This document shows, piece by piece, positions 38,914 to 49,212 of a stretch of DNA of 64,000 nucleotides. Numbering within the stretch: the stretch's first letter is position 1; each line of letters starts with the position of its first letter. The position numbers and the translations under genes were made by a program. The notes under the pieces were generated by a model, which was given only the letters and a program-made list of their open reading frames with translations, made no database searches and was not told the origin of the DNA. The DNA is from Candidatus Poribacteria bacterium (GTDB lineage Bacteria; Poribacteria; WGA-4E; WGA-3G): contig OZ242029.1 in assembly GCA_965205015.1 (NCBI GenBank), positions 4,384,001-4,448,000 on the forward strand, read 5' to 3'.

Positions 38914-41253
38914 ATGAAAACGCGCATCGTCCTTTCAAAACGAAGCTTGCGAGCTTATATTGCAGTCATCAGTGTTATTTGCATCTCCTGCTGTGCTTTT
39001 GCGATGGAACCGATCGGCACAGTTGGGCAACCCTTTCCAGAGAAGCACGCGTTTCTCTCCAATGAAGCGATTGTACGTGTGACCCCAGCACGCATTCAAA
39101 TTATTGATACGAATACCGGCGCGCTTATAGATGAATTCGCCGAACGCGAGTATTGGAGCGACGTCGTACTGAGTCCAGATGCCTCACATTTAGCAATTTT
39201 TACACATGCGCATGATGGAAAGAGTGCTATTGTCAGTATCTGGGATGTCAATGCGCGCGAGCAAATCAGCGAATGGAAAGTCGAATTCCGCATCTATGAT
39301 GTCGCGGCATTTAGTCCAACGGAGCCACTGTTCGCAATCCCTTCTGAGGATGGGATTCATCTCTGGAATTGGAAAACAGGCGAGTCCCTTGGAAAGATGG
39401 TAGGCACACGGCGTCCATTGAAATCGTGTTATTTTTTCGACGGCGGCAGCAGTTGTGTAGGAGATCCGCGTGATCGCACCGCGATTTTTAGTCCCGATGG
39501 TCACTATTTGATCGTCGCCTCCATGCGACCTGACATTGAACTCTGGAATGTTGAGACGCGCCAGTTAGAAGGACACTTTGAGGGACACACAGGAAACTGG
39601 GTTGAAAAGGTCGCTATCAGTCCGGATGGAAGATATATCGCATCGTTCGAGAGGGGACCAACTTCCGTCCACCTGTGGGATGTGGCATCAAGGCAGTTAC
39701 GCTGGAAGGCACAAAGCGGCATTGGCAGGATTTCAGATGTGGTCTTCAGTCCGGATAGTCAACACTTGTATGTTGCGAACGAGACGGCTGGACTGACTTG
39801 GATTGATCCCGGACCCTGGCAAGGGTGGGATGACCGGGTCCGCGTCTGGAACGTCAAATCGGGGCAATACATTGACACGTTTGGCAGTGAGTTCCGCGAA
39901 TTGGAAGAAATAACGCTATCACCGAACGGGAAAATTGCGCTCTTGCACTATTGGGATGCTGTCGTGATGTGGGATATCGAGAAAAAGCGACCCCTGAACG
40001 TGTGGACTGATTTCCTCAGAGATCGGTTCTACAATGTGGTGAAATTGAGTCCTGATGGACGGACCATAGGTGCCACCTCCCGATATTTTATTAAGACATG
40101 GGATGTCGCGTCCCAGCAAATGAAAGGCATCATTTCTGCAGAAAACACCAGGTTTGAAGGGCTCGCAATCTCCCCAGAGGGTCGGAAACTCGCTGTCCAC
40201 AGGGACCGGTGGATGGAGGTCCGCAATCTTCAGACGGGTAACATTGAACTCCAATTCCCACAGCATATTGGGGAGCCTGAAGAAATTGTCTTCAGTACCT
40301 CTGGAAGGTGGATTGCGACAGTGGGGATCTGGCAGTCTCTCTCGATTTTGGACACCCAGAATCCGGAGAAACTCCAGAAACTTACATCAAAAAATGGACC
40401 TGTACCGCTCGATACGCATCAGATCGTCTTTAGTGAAAATGACGCGTATTTCGCTGCTTCCGGCAGAACGGAAGACGATCAAGATTCGATTCAATTATGG
40501 AAACGCGAGGGCGACACTTTCATCTTTCAATATACATGGCAGGTCCCAAAACTGCTTTATAGCTCAATTCCAACGCTCGCTTTTACCTCTCACACAGATG
40601 GTTCAACGGTGTTAGCCGCATCCGAAGAATTGGAACTCCACATCTGGAAACTCTTGTCAGACGGTCCCCAGCTTCTAACAACCTTGGAGGGAGGCTATCA
40701 GCCAGTGCACTTTAGTCCAGATGGTCGCTATCTCTTTGCCCGACGAGACGGTTCCACCCAGGTCTGGGACTGGCAGACAGAAACACCGCTTGAGCATCCG
40801 TCTATTCCAATATATTTTGACATCAGTCGAGATGGATCCGTTCTGCTTTCGGAGACAGTCAGCGGTCAAATCCGCATCTGGGATGGAAGCGCGCTGCTAC
40901 CTTCGCAACCGGTTGCCGTTGAGCCGGGGGATAAACAGATTGTTATACTGGGAGAAGTGAAACGAAATCAACTCCTCCAAAACTTCCCGAACCCTTTCAA
41001 CCCGGAAACCTGGATCCCGTTCCGACTCGCAAATGAAAGCCACGTTACGATCCACATTTATAACGCCACGGGTCAGTTGGTGCGTCGTTTATCCGCGGGG
41101 ACACTGCCTGCAGGCGACTATTTCTCACAGGCACAAGCCGTCTATTGGGATGGACGCAATCAGACCGGCGAACCCGTGAGTAGTGGCGTCTATCTCTACA
41201 CCATCAACGCAGGCAACTTCTCCGCAACCCGCAAAATGCTCATTCGGAAATGA
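38914..41253 (+). CDS. secreted WD40-repeat protein with FlgD/T9SS-type C-terminal domain
   Basis: WD40 repeats; same CTD as the preceding gene; GGAGG RBS. Confidence 0.85.
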   Translation: MKTRIVLSKRSLRAYIAVISVICISCCAFAMEPIGTVGQPFPEKHAFLSNEAIVRVTPARIQIIDTNTGALIDEFAEREYWSDVVLSPDASHLAIFTHAHDGKSAIVSIWDVNAREQISEWKVEFRIYDVAAFSPTEPLFAIPSEDGIHLWNWKTGESLGKMVGTRRPLKSCYFFDGGSSCVGDPRDRTAIFSPDGHYLIVASMRPDIELWNVETRQLEGHFEGHTGNWVEKVAISPDGRYIASFERGPTSVHLWDVASRQLRWKAQSGIGRISDVVFSPDSQHLYVANETAGLTWIDPGPWQGWDDRVRVWNVKSGQYIDTFGSEFRELEEITLSPNGKIALLHYWDAVVMWDIEKKRPLNVWTDFLRDRFYNVVKLSPDGRTIGATSRYFIKTWDVASQQMKGIISAENTRFEGLAISPEGRKLAVHRDRWMEVRNLQTGNIELQFPQHIGEPEEIVFSTSGRWIATVGIWQSLSILDTQNPEKLQKLTSKNGPVPLDTHQIVFSENDAYFAASGRTEDDQDSIQLWKREGDTFIFQYTWQVPKLLYSSIPTLAFTSHTDGSTVLAASEELELHIWKLLSDGPQLLTTLEGGYQPVHFSPDGRYLFARRDGSTQVWDWQTETPLEHPSIPIYFDISRDGSVLLSETVSGQIRIWDGSALLPSQPVAVEPGDKQIVILGEVKRNQLLQNFPNPFNPETWIPFRLANESHVTIHIYNATGQLVRRLSAGTLPAGDYFSQAQAVYWDGRNQTGEPVSSGVYLYTINAGNFSATRKMLIRK

Positions 41254-41398
41254 GACGGTTTGGTGGAGTTGTAAATTCCTCGATGGATAAGGGGTACACC
41301 TACGCCTGTTTGATTGGCGGAAGATTCACGGTTCTATTCGGAGAATTCACAAATTTGAACACCTTCAATTGATTCGTCCGTAAGGAGGAACACAACGC

Positions 41399-44300
41399 AT
41401 GGATAAGTTAAAACGAGCGATTCATTTTATGCTTGTAATGCCTTGCGTCCTGAGTACGGCTGTGTTCTATGGGTGTGGTGCCGATCCTCTCGGACCGTAT
41501 GTACCGCTCCTACCTGCAATTGAAAGCGAAGCGAAATTCTCAAGCAGATTCCAATTGGAAGAAGAACCGCAGTTCTTCCATGATCTTTATGGTGCAGAAA
41601 TCGTGGAAGGCAGCGAACTCAATGCATACACCGATCAGAAAAAATTCGATCAGAACGGCAAATTAATCGTTGGGTGGGGCGGTCAGCTGGATAGTCTTCG
41701 CTTCACAACGCAACTTGACCGGACAATCTTGGTTGAAGAAACCTTTCTCGGTAGATATACTGACTTTGCTATTGGTGATCACCTGCGCCTCAAACCTGCT
41801 ACCCTGTTTCCAAACCGATATATTCTCTACAAGACGGAGTTCGATGGACTTCGGTGGGACATCTCTTTTGCGCAGGAACACCATCTCTTTAGTCTCATCC
41901 ACTCACGTATTTCTAATCCTATTAAACTCACAGATGATACCTTAGTGCAAAGACTCGCAGGAGATCTTGGACGCCGGAACGGATTGAACCAATCAAGCGG
42001 TGTCAGGAATATCGAAAACGCGCGCCTCATCGGTTTTCGTGGACAAGGGCTTTTCGGTGAAATGTTCCGTATCGGATTTACGTATGTCAATTTGTATAAA
42101 GAACATCCCGAACGTTTGATAAATTCATTCATGGGGACAGTTGCCAATACACCCCCTGAAACAATATCCGTTGTTTTCCGTGATGACTCGCCTGAGGATA
42201 ATCACACGAGTGCATTCACAGATTTTCGTTCTTATGATCCCGACTTACATAGCGATCATATCCAAGAGGGGGTTGGTGCGGCTTTCAAAAGCATGAAAAT
42301 TACGATCGTCACACAATCACTTCACAAATTACCCCCCGCCGCGATAGCGGAAGGCATTGAACCCGAACTGCTACCAGAAAGGACGCACCAATTCGAGGTC
42401 TTCGCGGACGAACTGGTTCCGGTTGATCACAGCGGCGGTCCCTCCGAAATCCGAAATTCCGTTGACGGGAAGTGGAAAATTGTCACCGGTTTCAATAAAA
42501 TGAAATACGATCTTATGCTGACGGATGAGAAGATTAACATTGACCCGCGGACAGTCAAATCGGTTGTCTTTGACATGGTTGTTGCGGGGGATTACAATAT
42601 AGCGGTTATCGGTTTTAGTGAAGCAAATAGAGCCGAAGATGACCCCGACCTACAAGAGTGGATTAAAACGACAGACGGTCGCATTCAGATGCCGTATCGT
42701 GACGTAATTGAGGCACCGGGGAATTACGGTCAATCTCCGGATTACATCAAAAATAGAAAAAAACTTGCAGACGATCCCACGCAATGGAAAGGTGAAGGGA
42801 GACCTCGAAAAATCCGATATCGTTATGGCGCCGCACGTGCAGCAACGCTCTACGGACTTGATCTTGAAGGCACTATCAGTAATGTTTTCATCAGGGCACA
42901 CTACTCTATTAATGGAAAATACAAACAGTACCCGACGATCCCGAAAGATAAAGTAGGTTTCAGTCGAACCAAAACGACTCTTCAGATGCCCGATGGTGAG
43001 GAAGAAACAGGTGTCACTATTGATCTCGGCAGCCAACTCCCAGTCGATGCAAATGGGATCCCGACATACTCGGAAACCGAGGGCGAGCGTTTTGAGGCTT
43101 TTTTAGGGGGTGACGGCACAGATGAAGATGGCAACGGGAAACTCGGTAGAGAAACCGCCTGGTTCGTCCAACTTAAGTCTCGTTTTGACAAACTCCACTT
43201 AGAAGGGGTTTTGTATCATATTGATCCAGGCTATACAACCAACTATCTGAATTTTGGCGCGCATCCGAATCGTGGTCAAATTTACACACTTGAACGCGGC
43301 CAACCTAATAGACCCTTGGAAGACCGACTTCCAGAAGAACAAATTCCGTGGGACGTAACCAATTATACACTGATTGAGGATGACGATGATGACGATGATT
43401 GGCCCGATGATAGTGACTTTGATGGCGTCATTCCACGCGCTGATGACCGAGACCAGAATGGGGTATTAGACTATCAAGAAGATTTTCTCATTTTTGATGC
43501 TGACCCGCCTGTGTTTGGCAATCCTATCGACCTGAACAATAACGGTATTGTTGATACAATTGAGGATGATTTTGAACCGGAATACGAATACGGGATAGAC
43601 CGTCAGGGGTATCACCTTAAAGCAAAATACGATCTGCTTGATAACCTTGTTATTCAAGTGGGTTGGTTAAACGAAAGCGAAATTTCCAGCCGACGGAAAA
43701 ATAACGCGAAATACATACATGTCACTTACAAACGCAGCATTCCCGATTTTGGGAGCTTTCACTTCCAAAATCGATTCGTCCGAGTCCATGATGATATTCC
43801 AGATTACGCAATCGCCTTGCCTGTTGGAGAATTGGAGTCGATTCACATTAATGATGAACTCGATTTTTACAACGCACGGGTGAATACAACGACGTTCCAA
43901 TGTCTCTATACCGCAGTGCGAGACTTGACCCTTGAAGCCAAGTTCTTTGTTCTCATGCAAAAACAGTTTGAACAGGATCAAGAAAAGGCACTTTTCAGGG
44001 ATATTGAATACGACTCGATATCAGAGGAATTTGAAGCCGATGAACGCGTCGACTTTATGGTGCCAATTGAGCAGGTCAGAGCTTACGAAGAAGGGCGGGC
44101 ATACCCGTTCTATCCCGATCACGGCATTAACGCACTCGACCCGACTGACACGGGTTTAATCTATGACGACACGAATTGGAAAAAACGGCGTTATCCCGAA
44201 CGGAACATCCGGAATCAACTCACGATTCTGAAGGCAAAATACGAAATTCCACTTGTGGATCTTCCATTCGTCAACAAAATTGTTGAAGATTTAACGCTAA

Positions 44301-44752
44301 CGCCTATGGTGAAGTACGTCTGGGACCGCGCTTTTGACCGGAGTGCCGAGGAAATTCCCAAAACACTCAATCCGGACCTGTTTCTCCCAACCGATGCTGA
44401 ACCGATTGAGTATTTGCGATTCAATCGTCAAAGTCGAGAGGATATTCTTGGGGTCCGTCTTGATTATCAGTTTACACCGCGATTGAATATCATTGGCGGA
44501 TTCCAATACCGGAAGTTTTCCAACCGGGATAAAAACTTCAAGAACTACCTACAAATTTTCTCAGATGACGTTAAAGTTCCAAACCTATATCGACCTGACC
44601 TGCGAACCCGTATTTTTGAAATCCACGCCATCAACAGAGGCGAATGGCTCGGTTTCTATATCGTCATTCTCGCCGGTCACCGTAGAACCACGCATCTGTT
44701 TGAACGGACGACCAGTAATACAACGTTTGTTCGAGCGATGATGGGTTTCTAA
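41399..44752 (+). CDS. large putative outer-membrane beta-barrel (lipo)protein with acidic Ca-binding-like loop
   Basis: AAGGAGG RBS; lipobox-like VFYGC; DRDQNGVLD/DLNNNGIVD motifs; ends TTFVRAMMGF; paralog of 12861..14840. Confidence 0.6.
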   Translation: MDKLKRAIHFMLVMPCVLSTAVFYGCGADPLGPYVPLLPAIESEAKFSSRFQLEEEPQFFHDLYGAEIVEGSELNAYTDQKKFDQNGKLIVGWGGQLDSLRFTTQLDRTILVEETFLGRYTDFAIGDHLRLKPATLFPNRYILYKTEFDGLRWDISFAQEHHLFSLIHSRISNPIKLTDDTLVQRLAGDLGRRNGLNQSSGVRNIENARLIGFRGQGLFGEMFRIGFTYVNLYKEHPERLINSFMGTVANTPPETISVVFRDDSPEDNHTSAFTDFRSYDPDLHSDHIQEGVGAAFKSMKITIVTQSLHKLPPAAIAEGIEPELLPERTHQFEVFADELVPVDHSGGPSEIRNSVDGKWKIVTGFNKMKYDLMLTDEKINIDPRTVKSVVFDMVVAGDYNIAVIGFSEANRAEDDPDLQEWIKTTDGRIQMPYRDVIEAPGNYGQSPDYIKNRKKLADDPTQWKGEGRPRKIRYRYGAARAATLYGLDLEGTISNVFIRAHYSINGKYKQYPTIPKDKVGFSRTKTTLQMPDGEEETGVTIDLGSQLPVDANGIPTYSETEGERFEAFLGGDGTDEDGNGKLGRETAWFVQLKSRFDKLHLEGVLYHIDPGYTTNYLNFGAHPNRGQIYTLERGQPNRPLEDRLPEEQIPWDVTNYTLIEDDDDDDDWPDDSDFDGVIPRADDRDQNGVLDYQEDFLIFDADPPVFGNPIDLNNNGIVDTIEDDFEPEYEYGIDRQGYHLKAKYDLLDNLVIQVGWLNESEISSRRKNNAKYIHVTYKRSIPDFGSFHFQNRFVRVHDDIPDYAIALPVGELESIHINDELDFYNARVNTTTFQCLYTAVRDLTLEAKFFVLMQKQFEQDQEKALFRDIEYDSISEEFEADERVDFMVPIEQVRAYEEGRAYPFYPDHGINALDPTDTGLIYDDTNWKKRRYPERNIRNQLTILKAKYEIPLVDLPFVNKIVEDLTLTPMVKYVWDRAFDRSAEEIPKTLNPDLFLPTDAEPIEYLRFNRQSREDILGVRLDYQFTPRLNIIGGFQYRKFSNRDKNFKNYLQIFSDDVKVPNLYRPDLRTRIFEIHAINRGEWLGFYIVILAGHRRTTHLFERTTSNTTFVRAMMGF

Positions 44753-44792
44753 ATGGCAATCAGTTGTCGGCTTCTTTGCTGACGGCTAACGG

Positions 44793-47700
44793 CTATCGCT
44801 GGCGTGCGGGGAAAAGTGTTCCCAATAGACCTATTACCGACTCGTTGACTGTCGGTGTAATGTGTAACTGATTCTGTAGATAGGCTTCGTAGAGCGGAAC
44901 GACTCCCAAAACGAACCGAGTGAGTGTGTCATCGTCCATAGAGAGGTGAATTGCAGTCTCTTCTGAAACTCCGTCCGATATGCGAATTTCACCGGCTCTG
45001 ATGATAAGGCTTGCTTGATGTTCCAAACCTTTGATGCCGATTGTCCCTTGCCAGCTCTTGTAATCATCGCTCTCGCTCAGTCGTTTGGAAAGCAATGGGG
45101 AAAGCTCACGAAGGAGCATAGGTAGATTGAGGATCTTGAACATCCATACCCACCCTGCCGCCGCCGATGTGTATCCAAAATTGTGGAACAACTTTCTGAC
45201 ATAATTCTTTTCCACCTCTCCTTCGGGTCCCCAGCTTATCTGTTTATATTTACGTTTCACCAGTTCGTTGTGCAACACGCAAAGCAGAGAAGTGCCAACC
45301 TCCTCAAGAAAACTCTCCGAGTGTGGGGAATCCTTGGAAGGTTGAGGACTAAGACAGAATTCCCTGATTGATGCGTTCTCTTTTCCGTCGCATCGCGCTT
45401 GCACATACCCAAGCACCTCTCCATCTTTTTCTGCGAGATAAATCAACCAGGTTTCTGACGTTCTAGGTCTTTCGGCACGCTTCGGTCTAAGTTCCACCTG
45501 GTCAGCGTGAAATGCCTTGAATACGCGTGCCATTGCGGCTTCATCCCCCTGCGAGTATGGACGGATGGCTAAGCCCTCAACCACTTTCGCCTGTTCGTGC
45601 TGCAAGGTTTTGGTGAATTCCCGCGCTACGAACCCATCAACGAACCCAAAACTTCTGTACATCCCGTGGGCAGTGTTTTCCGTGCCGGTATGAAGCGAGA
45701 TACAAGAGTGCCGGCGGACCAGTTCATGCGCCATTGACGCGCCGAATATCCACCGCGACAATCCCCTCCGACGATATTTCGGGTGGGTATGCACCCATCC
45801 TACGTAAGTGCCGGGAGCATGCGTGTTGTGAGGGAAGTGATGTGTATGGAGATGTAAATTGCAGACGGCAACGCGATAGCCTGCGATCATCGGATGTAGA
45901 TGTAAGTCCGTAGTACGTTTGACATCCATCGTTTCCATATTGCGTCTGACATCCATCGTTAGGAGAGGTATCCCATTTTCGTCCGCGAGTTCTTCATAAG
46001 AGAACACTTCGGCAGCTGGATGGTCGATTTTGGCAAGGAGGTATCCGGTTTCGAGTTGGTATCTGTAATCTTGATGTGGCGCGATCTCTACGAGCCGATC
46101 CAAGGTTCCCTCCACGCGACCGCTACGAACCAACATCAAGACCGCCATCGCCACAAGTCCATCATCTCCCGTTTCGACCGTCAGCTCTTCAAGCACTTCC
46201 ACTGCCCGCTCATCACAACTGTTGATGAGTTTTGTCGCGGCAGTCAGTCGTTCATATCTGTCTAACGCGTCCAGTTTAGCAACTAACCCCGAAATCGTAT
46301 GCTCAGATTCGTCAGCGATTTCGAGAAGACTGTCAAGTGCATCGATTCTGTCGCTTGTGTCTGCGGTTGTGTCGCGAATCACTCCATTGAGGTATTTACG
46401 GACTTCCGTCACAAATTCGTCGCTGTCATTCGGCAACAGTGGGAGCGGATGGACAGTCGTGCCGATCTCCTCAAACCATGGAAACAGGTCTTCACTTACC
46501 GCTCGGCTGAGGTAATAGATGAGTCTATCCACCGATGAGAAGGTTGTGTCCGGCATGTTCTTTTCTGTGTCGCTTGATTTTTTCGACAACACTTCAGCGA
46601 GCCGGACGAACAAGTCGTCCCCATATTTCTCAAGTAGTGCCTTCAGTATCCAGATGGGTTTGCGATATCGTTGCTCGTAAACCCTCGCGATGTCAATGGG
46701 TTCCTCCGCTTGGGCGTTTTTACGAAATTGTTGCTCGGCTTCCGCGAGCATCTCTGCCGCCTCTGTTTCAAATCCGAGCAATTTCATTGCCCAGATACCG
46801 AAGAAAAACGGGAATCCCTCTCCATCAAAAATAAGCTCAGTCACCTTTCCAAATGGCGTTTTATGAGCAAGCAATTCACTCGCCTCGACACCGAGCGCAT
46901 AAGCGAGCCTCGGAGGACTGACACACGCCCCAATTGTCATTACCGAAGCTTTCGTCCAACCGAGGTCGTATTCATGAACACACGACGGTGTCAGATCGAT
47001 GTCCCATTCAATTTTCTCACCTTCAGGGAATTTCGAGAGCATCTCCGCCGCCAGTTTCTCAGCAAATGCCATACAGGTATCCACACGGTCCTCAACGAAG
47101 TGCGTATAGTAAATCTTGATCTTTCCGTCCTGTTTGCCCTGTTCTGCAATCGGAATTTCATCAGGAATTGCTTGATTACCCGTTGCCGAAGAGACGCGAT
47201 TGACTCCTAAGCAATCGATGAAGTGTCGAGATACAGGATGATTCTCCTTTTGAAAGAGCTGCGTGTTGATCAGCAGGACGCGTCCTGCCCCAAAATGGAG
47301 ACAGGCGCCAACGGGTTCTCCCGTCTCGTTATGTTCAAGAAAAACGCTGCTATCCTTAGGAATATCAAGGATACCGCAATGCGTGAGCCCCAGGTCATCA
47401 ATCCCCAATCCATCGACAATTTCATCGTCAGTGAGACGCAGATTTTTCTTTGTATAACCGCGTAACGGATTCGCGTCAATATCCATCTCTCCTTGTCCTT
47501 CAGGTACCGGAAGAAATCGTGCGCCGAAAAGAGCCGCGACGTGATTAACCCCCAATTCCGAGATCGGTTCACGAACATCTCGCTCGAACCGACTTGTGCT
47601 GGAAGTTAAGAGCAGTCCGCCCCCGTTTTCTACAAACTCTTGGATAAGTCGGAGCTCCACCTCGGTGTATTTTAAAGGCGTGTTGCTGCAAATCGTCAGT

Positions 47701-47849
47701 ACATCGTAGTTTTCTACCACTGCTTCACTGAGATAATCCCGATTGTTAGTGGTATGATAGATGCTATCCGGCTCAATCCGTATCAATCCATCCGACCAGC
47801 CGGTATCACGTGAAGTATCAACTAAGATTCGAATTTGTTCTTTTGCCAT
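44793..47849 (-). CDS. multidomain protein: GATase-like N-domain, helical/HEAT region, Eis-like tandem GNAT plus SCP2-like C-terminus
   Basis: YDVLTI...LIQEFVENGGGLLL; VHTHPKYRRRGLS (GNAT motif A), AHGMYRSFGF; second GNAT YLAEKDGEVLGY; SCP2-like tail. Confidence 0.65.
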   Translation of the reverse strand: MAKEQIRILVDTSRDTGWSDGLIRIEPDSIYHTTNNRDYLSEAVVENYDVLTICSNTPLKYTEVELRLIQEFVENGGGLLLTSSTSRFERDVREPISELGVNHVAALFGARFLPVPEGQGEMDIDANPLRGYTKKNLRLTDDEIVDGLGIDDLGLTHCGILDIPKDSSVFLEHNETGEPVGACLHFGAGRVLLINTQLFQKENHPVSRHFIDCLGVNRVSSATGNQAIPDEIPIAEQGKQDGKIKIYYTHFVEDRVDTCMAFAEKLAAEMLSKFPEGEKIEWDIDLTPSCVHEYDLGWTKASVMTIGACVSPPRLAYALGVEASELLAHKTPFGKVTELIFDGEGFPFFFGIWAMKLLGFETEAAEMLAEAEQQFRKNAQAEEPIDIARVYEQRYRKPIWILKALLEKYGDDLFVRLAEVLSKKSSDTEKNMPDTTFSSVDRLIYYLSRAVSEDLFPWFEEIGTTVHPLPLLPNDSDEFVTEVRKYLNGVIRDTTADTSDRIDALDSLLEIADESEHTISGLVAKLDALDRYERLTAATKLINSCDERAVEVLEELTVETGDDGLVAMAVLMLVRSGRVEGTLDRLVEIAPHQDYRYQLETGYLLAKIDHPAAEVFSYEELADENGIPLLTMDVRRNMETMDVKRTTDLHLHPMIAGYRVAVCNLHLHTHHFPHNTHAPGTYVGWVHTHPKYRRRGLSRWIFGASMAHELVRRHSCISLHTGTENTAHGMYRSFGFVDGFVAREFTKTLQHEQAKVVEGLAIRPYSQGDEAAMARVFKAFHADQVELRPKRAERPRTSETWLIYLAEKDGEVLGYVQARCDGKENASIREFCLSPQPSKDSPHSESFLEEVGTSLLCVLHNELVKRKYKQISWGPEGEVEKNYVRKLFHNFGYTSAAAGWVWMFKILNLPMLLRELSPLLSKRLSESDDYKSWQGTIGIKGLEHQASLIIRAGEIRISDGVSEETAIHLSMDDDTLTRFVLGVVPLYEAYLQNQLHITPTVNESVIGLLGTLFPARQR

Positions 47850-47995
47850 TGTCTTATTCCCTATTCATCAAATTTATTAGGCCCATCTCAGGGTTAGATT
47901 TTAATCTTCAGTGTTTCAGATTTTGCTTAGATCACATGATAATCGATCCTTTCTTGTATTCAACTATATCAACAACACTTTCTTCAAATTTTTTG

Positions 47996-48024
47996 TTGCA
48001 CTCCAGCTCTGATGTTGCTATGAT
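47996..48024 (+). promoter_or_regulatory. sigma70 promoter
   Basis: TTGCAC-17 bp-TATGAT upstream of the oxidoreductase. Confidence 0.5.
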
Positions 48025-48069
48025 AGGTGTAAACAAGCACACTCTTTTTGGCAAACTTCGGAGACACAC

Positions 48070-49203
48070 ATGAACAACTATCGTATTGCAATCATCGGTT
48101 TAGGTGGCATGGGCGGGAGTCATGCCGAGGCGGTGCAGTTAGAAGGAAACTGTGAACTCGTCGCTGGGGCGGAGATCAATCCAGAACGCGCAAAAGCCTG
48201 GAGCGAACGATTTAGCGTCAAAGCCATCTATGACGACTATGAAAAGATGCTTGACGAACAACAACCTGACATCGTCATCGTCCCAACGCAGGCACCGATG
48301 CACCACCCACCAACGATCGCCGCGGCACAGCGCGGTATCCACGTCTTCTGTGAAAAACCGACTGCTCTCAACCTTATTGAAGCCGATGAGATGGTTGAAA
48401 CCTGCGATCAGCATCACGTCAAGTTTGCCATTAACCACATTAAGCGTGCCAGTCCTTATAACCGTCACGTCCTTTCACTGATCGAAAAAGGCGAGATCGG
48501 TGAGGTGGTGTTGCTGAAGGCGACAGACAAAGGCGGACGCAAGGTAGGCAATTCGCTAATGGAGATGGGCACCCATCTCTATGATTGGTTACGTCTCTTC
48601 GCTGGCGATGTTGAGTGGACACACGCGCACCTCGTGCAGATGGATGGACGCGAGTCAACCGTCGACGACATCAAACACACCCAGGAAGTCCACGCATTCG
48701 ACCGCGACGCGGGGCTTGTGCTCGGTGAACGCGGACACGCCGCTTTCCGCTTCAAGAACGGTATCCATGCCGATGTGCAGTTCCTCGCGCAACCAGAAAC
48801 AAACGATAACGCCTACGGCATCGACATTATCGGCACTGAAGGACGAATTGCGATTCGAGAGAGCGTCGGCACAACGATGTTTATCCACAAAGGGCAACAT
48901 AAGACACCGGCAGAAGCCTGGGAACCGGTGCATCTATCCGCCGAAGACTTGGACGAACAAGGTAATCCACGAGATAAAGCGTCAATACGGTTGCTATTGC
49001 AACGTCTCATGCTCCGCGATCTCATTGAAGCGATTGAAGAAGACCGGGATCCGTTCGCGAGTGGCAGAGACGGTCGCGATTGCCTTGAAATGATCCACAC
49101 GACATGGGAATCACATAGACAGAAGGCCCGGGTATATATGCCACTTACGCCCCGCGAACACCCACTCGAACGGTGGCAAAGAGAAGCAGACGCACGAAAA
49201 TAG
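48070..49203 (+). CDS. Gfo/Idh/MocA oxidoreductase
   Basis: IIGLGGMG, HVFCEKP, EMGTHLYD. Confidence 0.9.
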   Translation: MNNYRIAIIGLGGMGGSHAEAVQLEGNCELVAGAEINPERAKAWSERFSVKAIYDDYEKMLDEQQPDIVIVPTQAPMHHPPTIAAAQRGIHVFCEKPTALNLIEADEMVETCDQHHVKFAINHIKRASPYNRHVLSLIEKGEIGEVVLLKATDKGGRKVGNSLMEMGTHLYDWLRLFAGDVEWTHAHLVQMDGRESTVDDIKHTQEVHAFDRDAGLVLGERGHAAFRFKNGIHADVQFLAQPETNDNAYGIDIIGTEGRIAIRESVGTTMFIHKGQHKTPAEAWEPVHLSAEDLDEQGNPRDKASIRLLLQRLMLRDLIEAIEEDRDPFASGRDGRDCLEMIHTTWESHRQKARVYMPLTPREHPLERWQREADARK

Positions 49204-49212
49204 GAGATCTTT

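Noticed and set aside
38328-41253. Diversity-generating retroelement template/variable repeat pair
   Set aside because: Differences are mostly synonymous and not adenine-specific, both copies are coding, and no reverse transcriptase is present.
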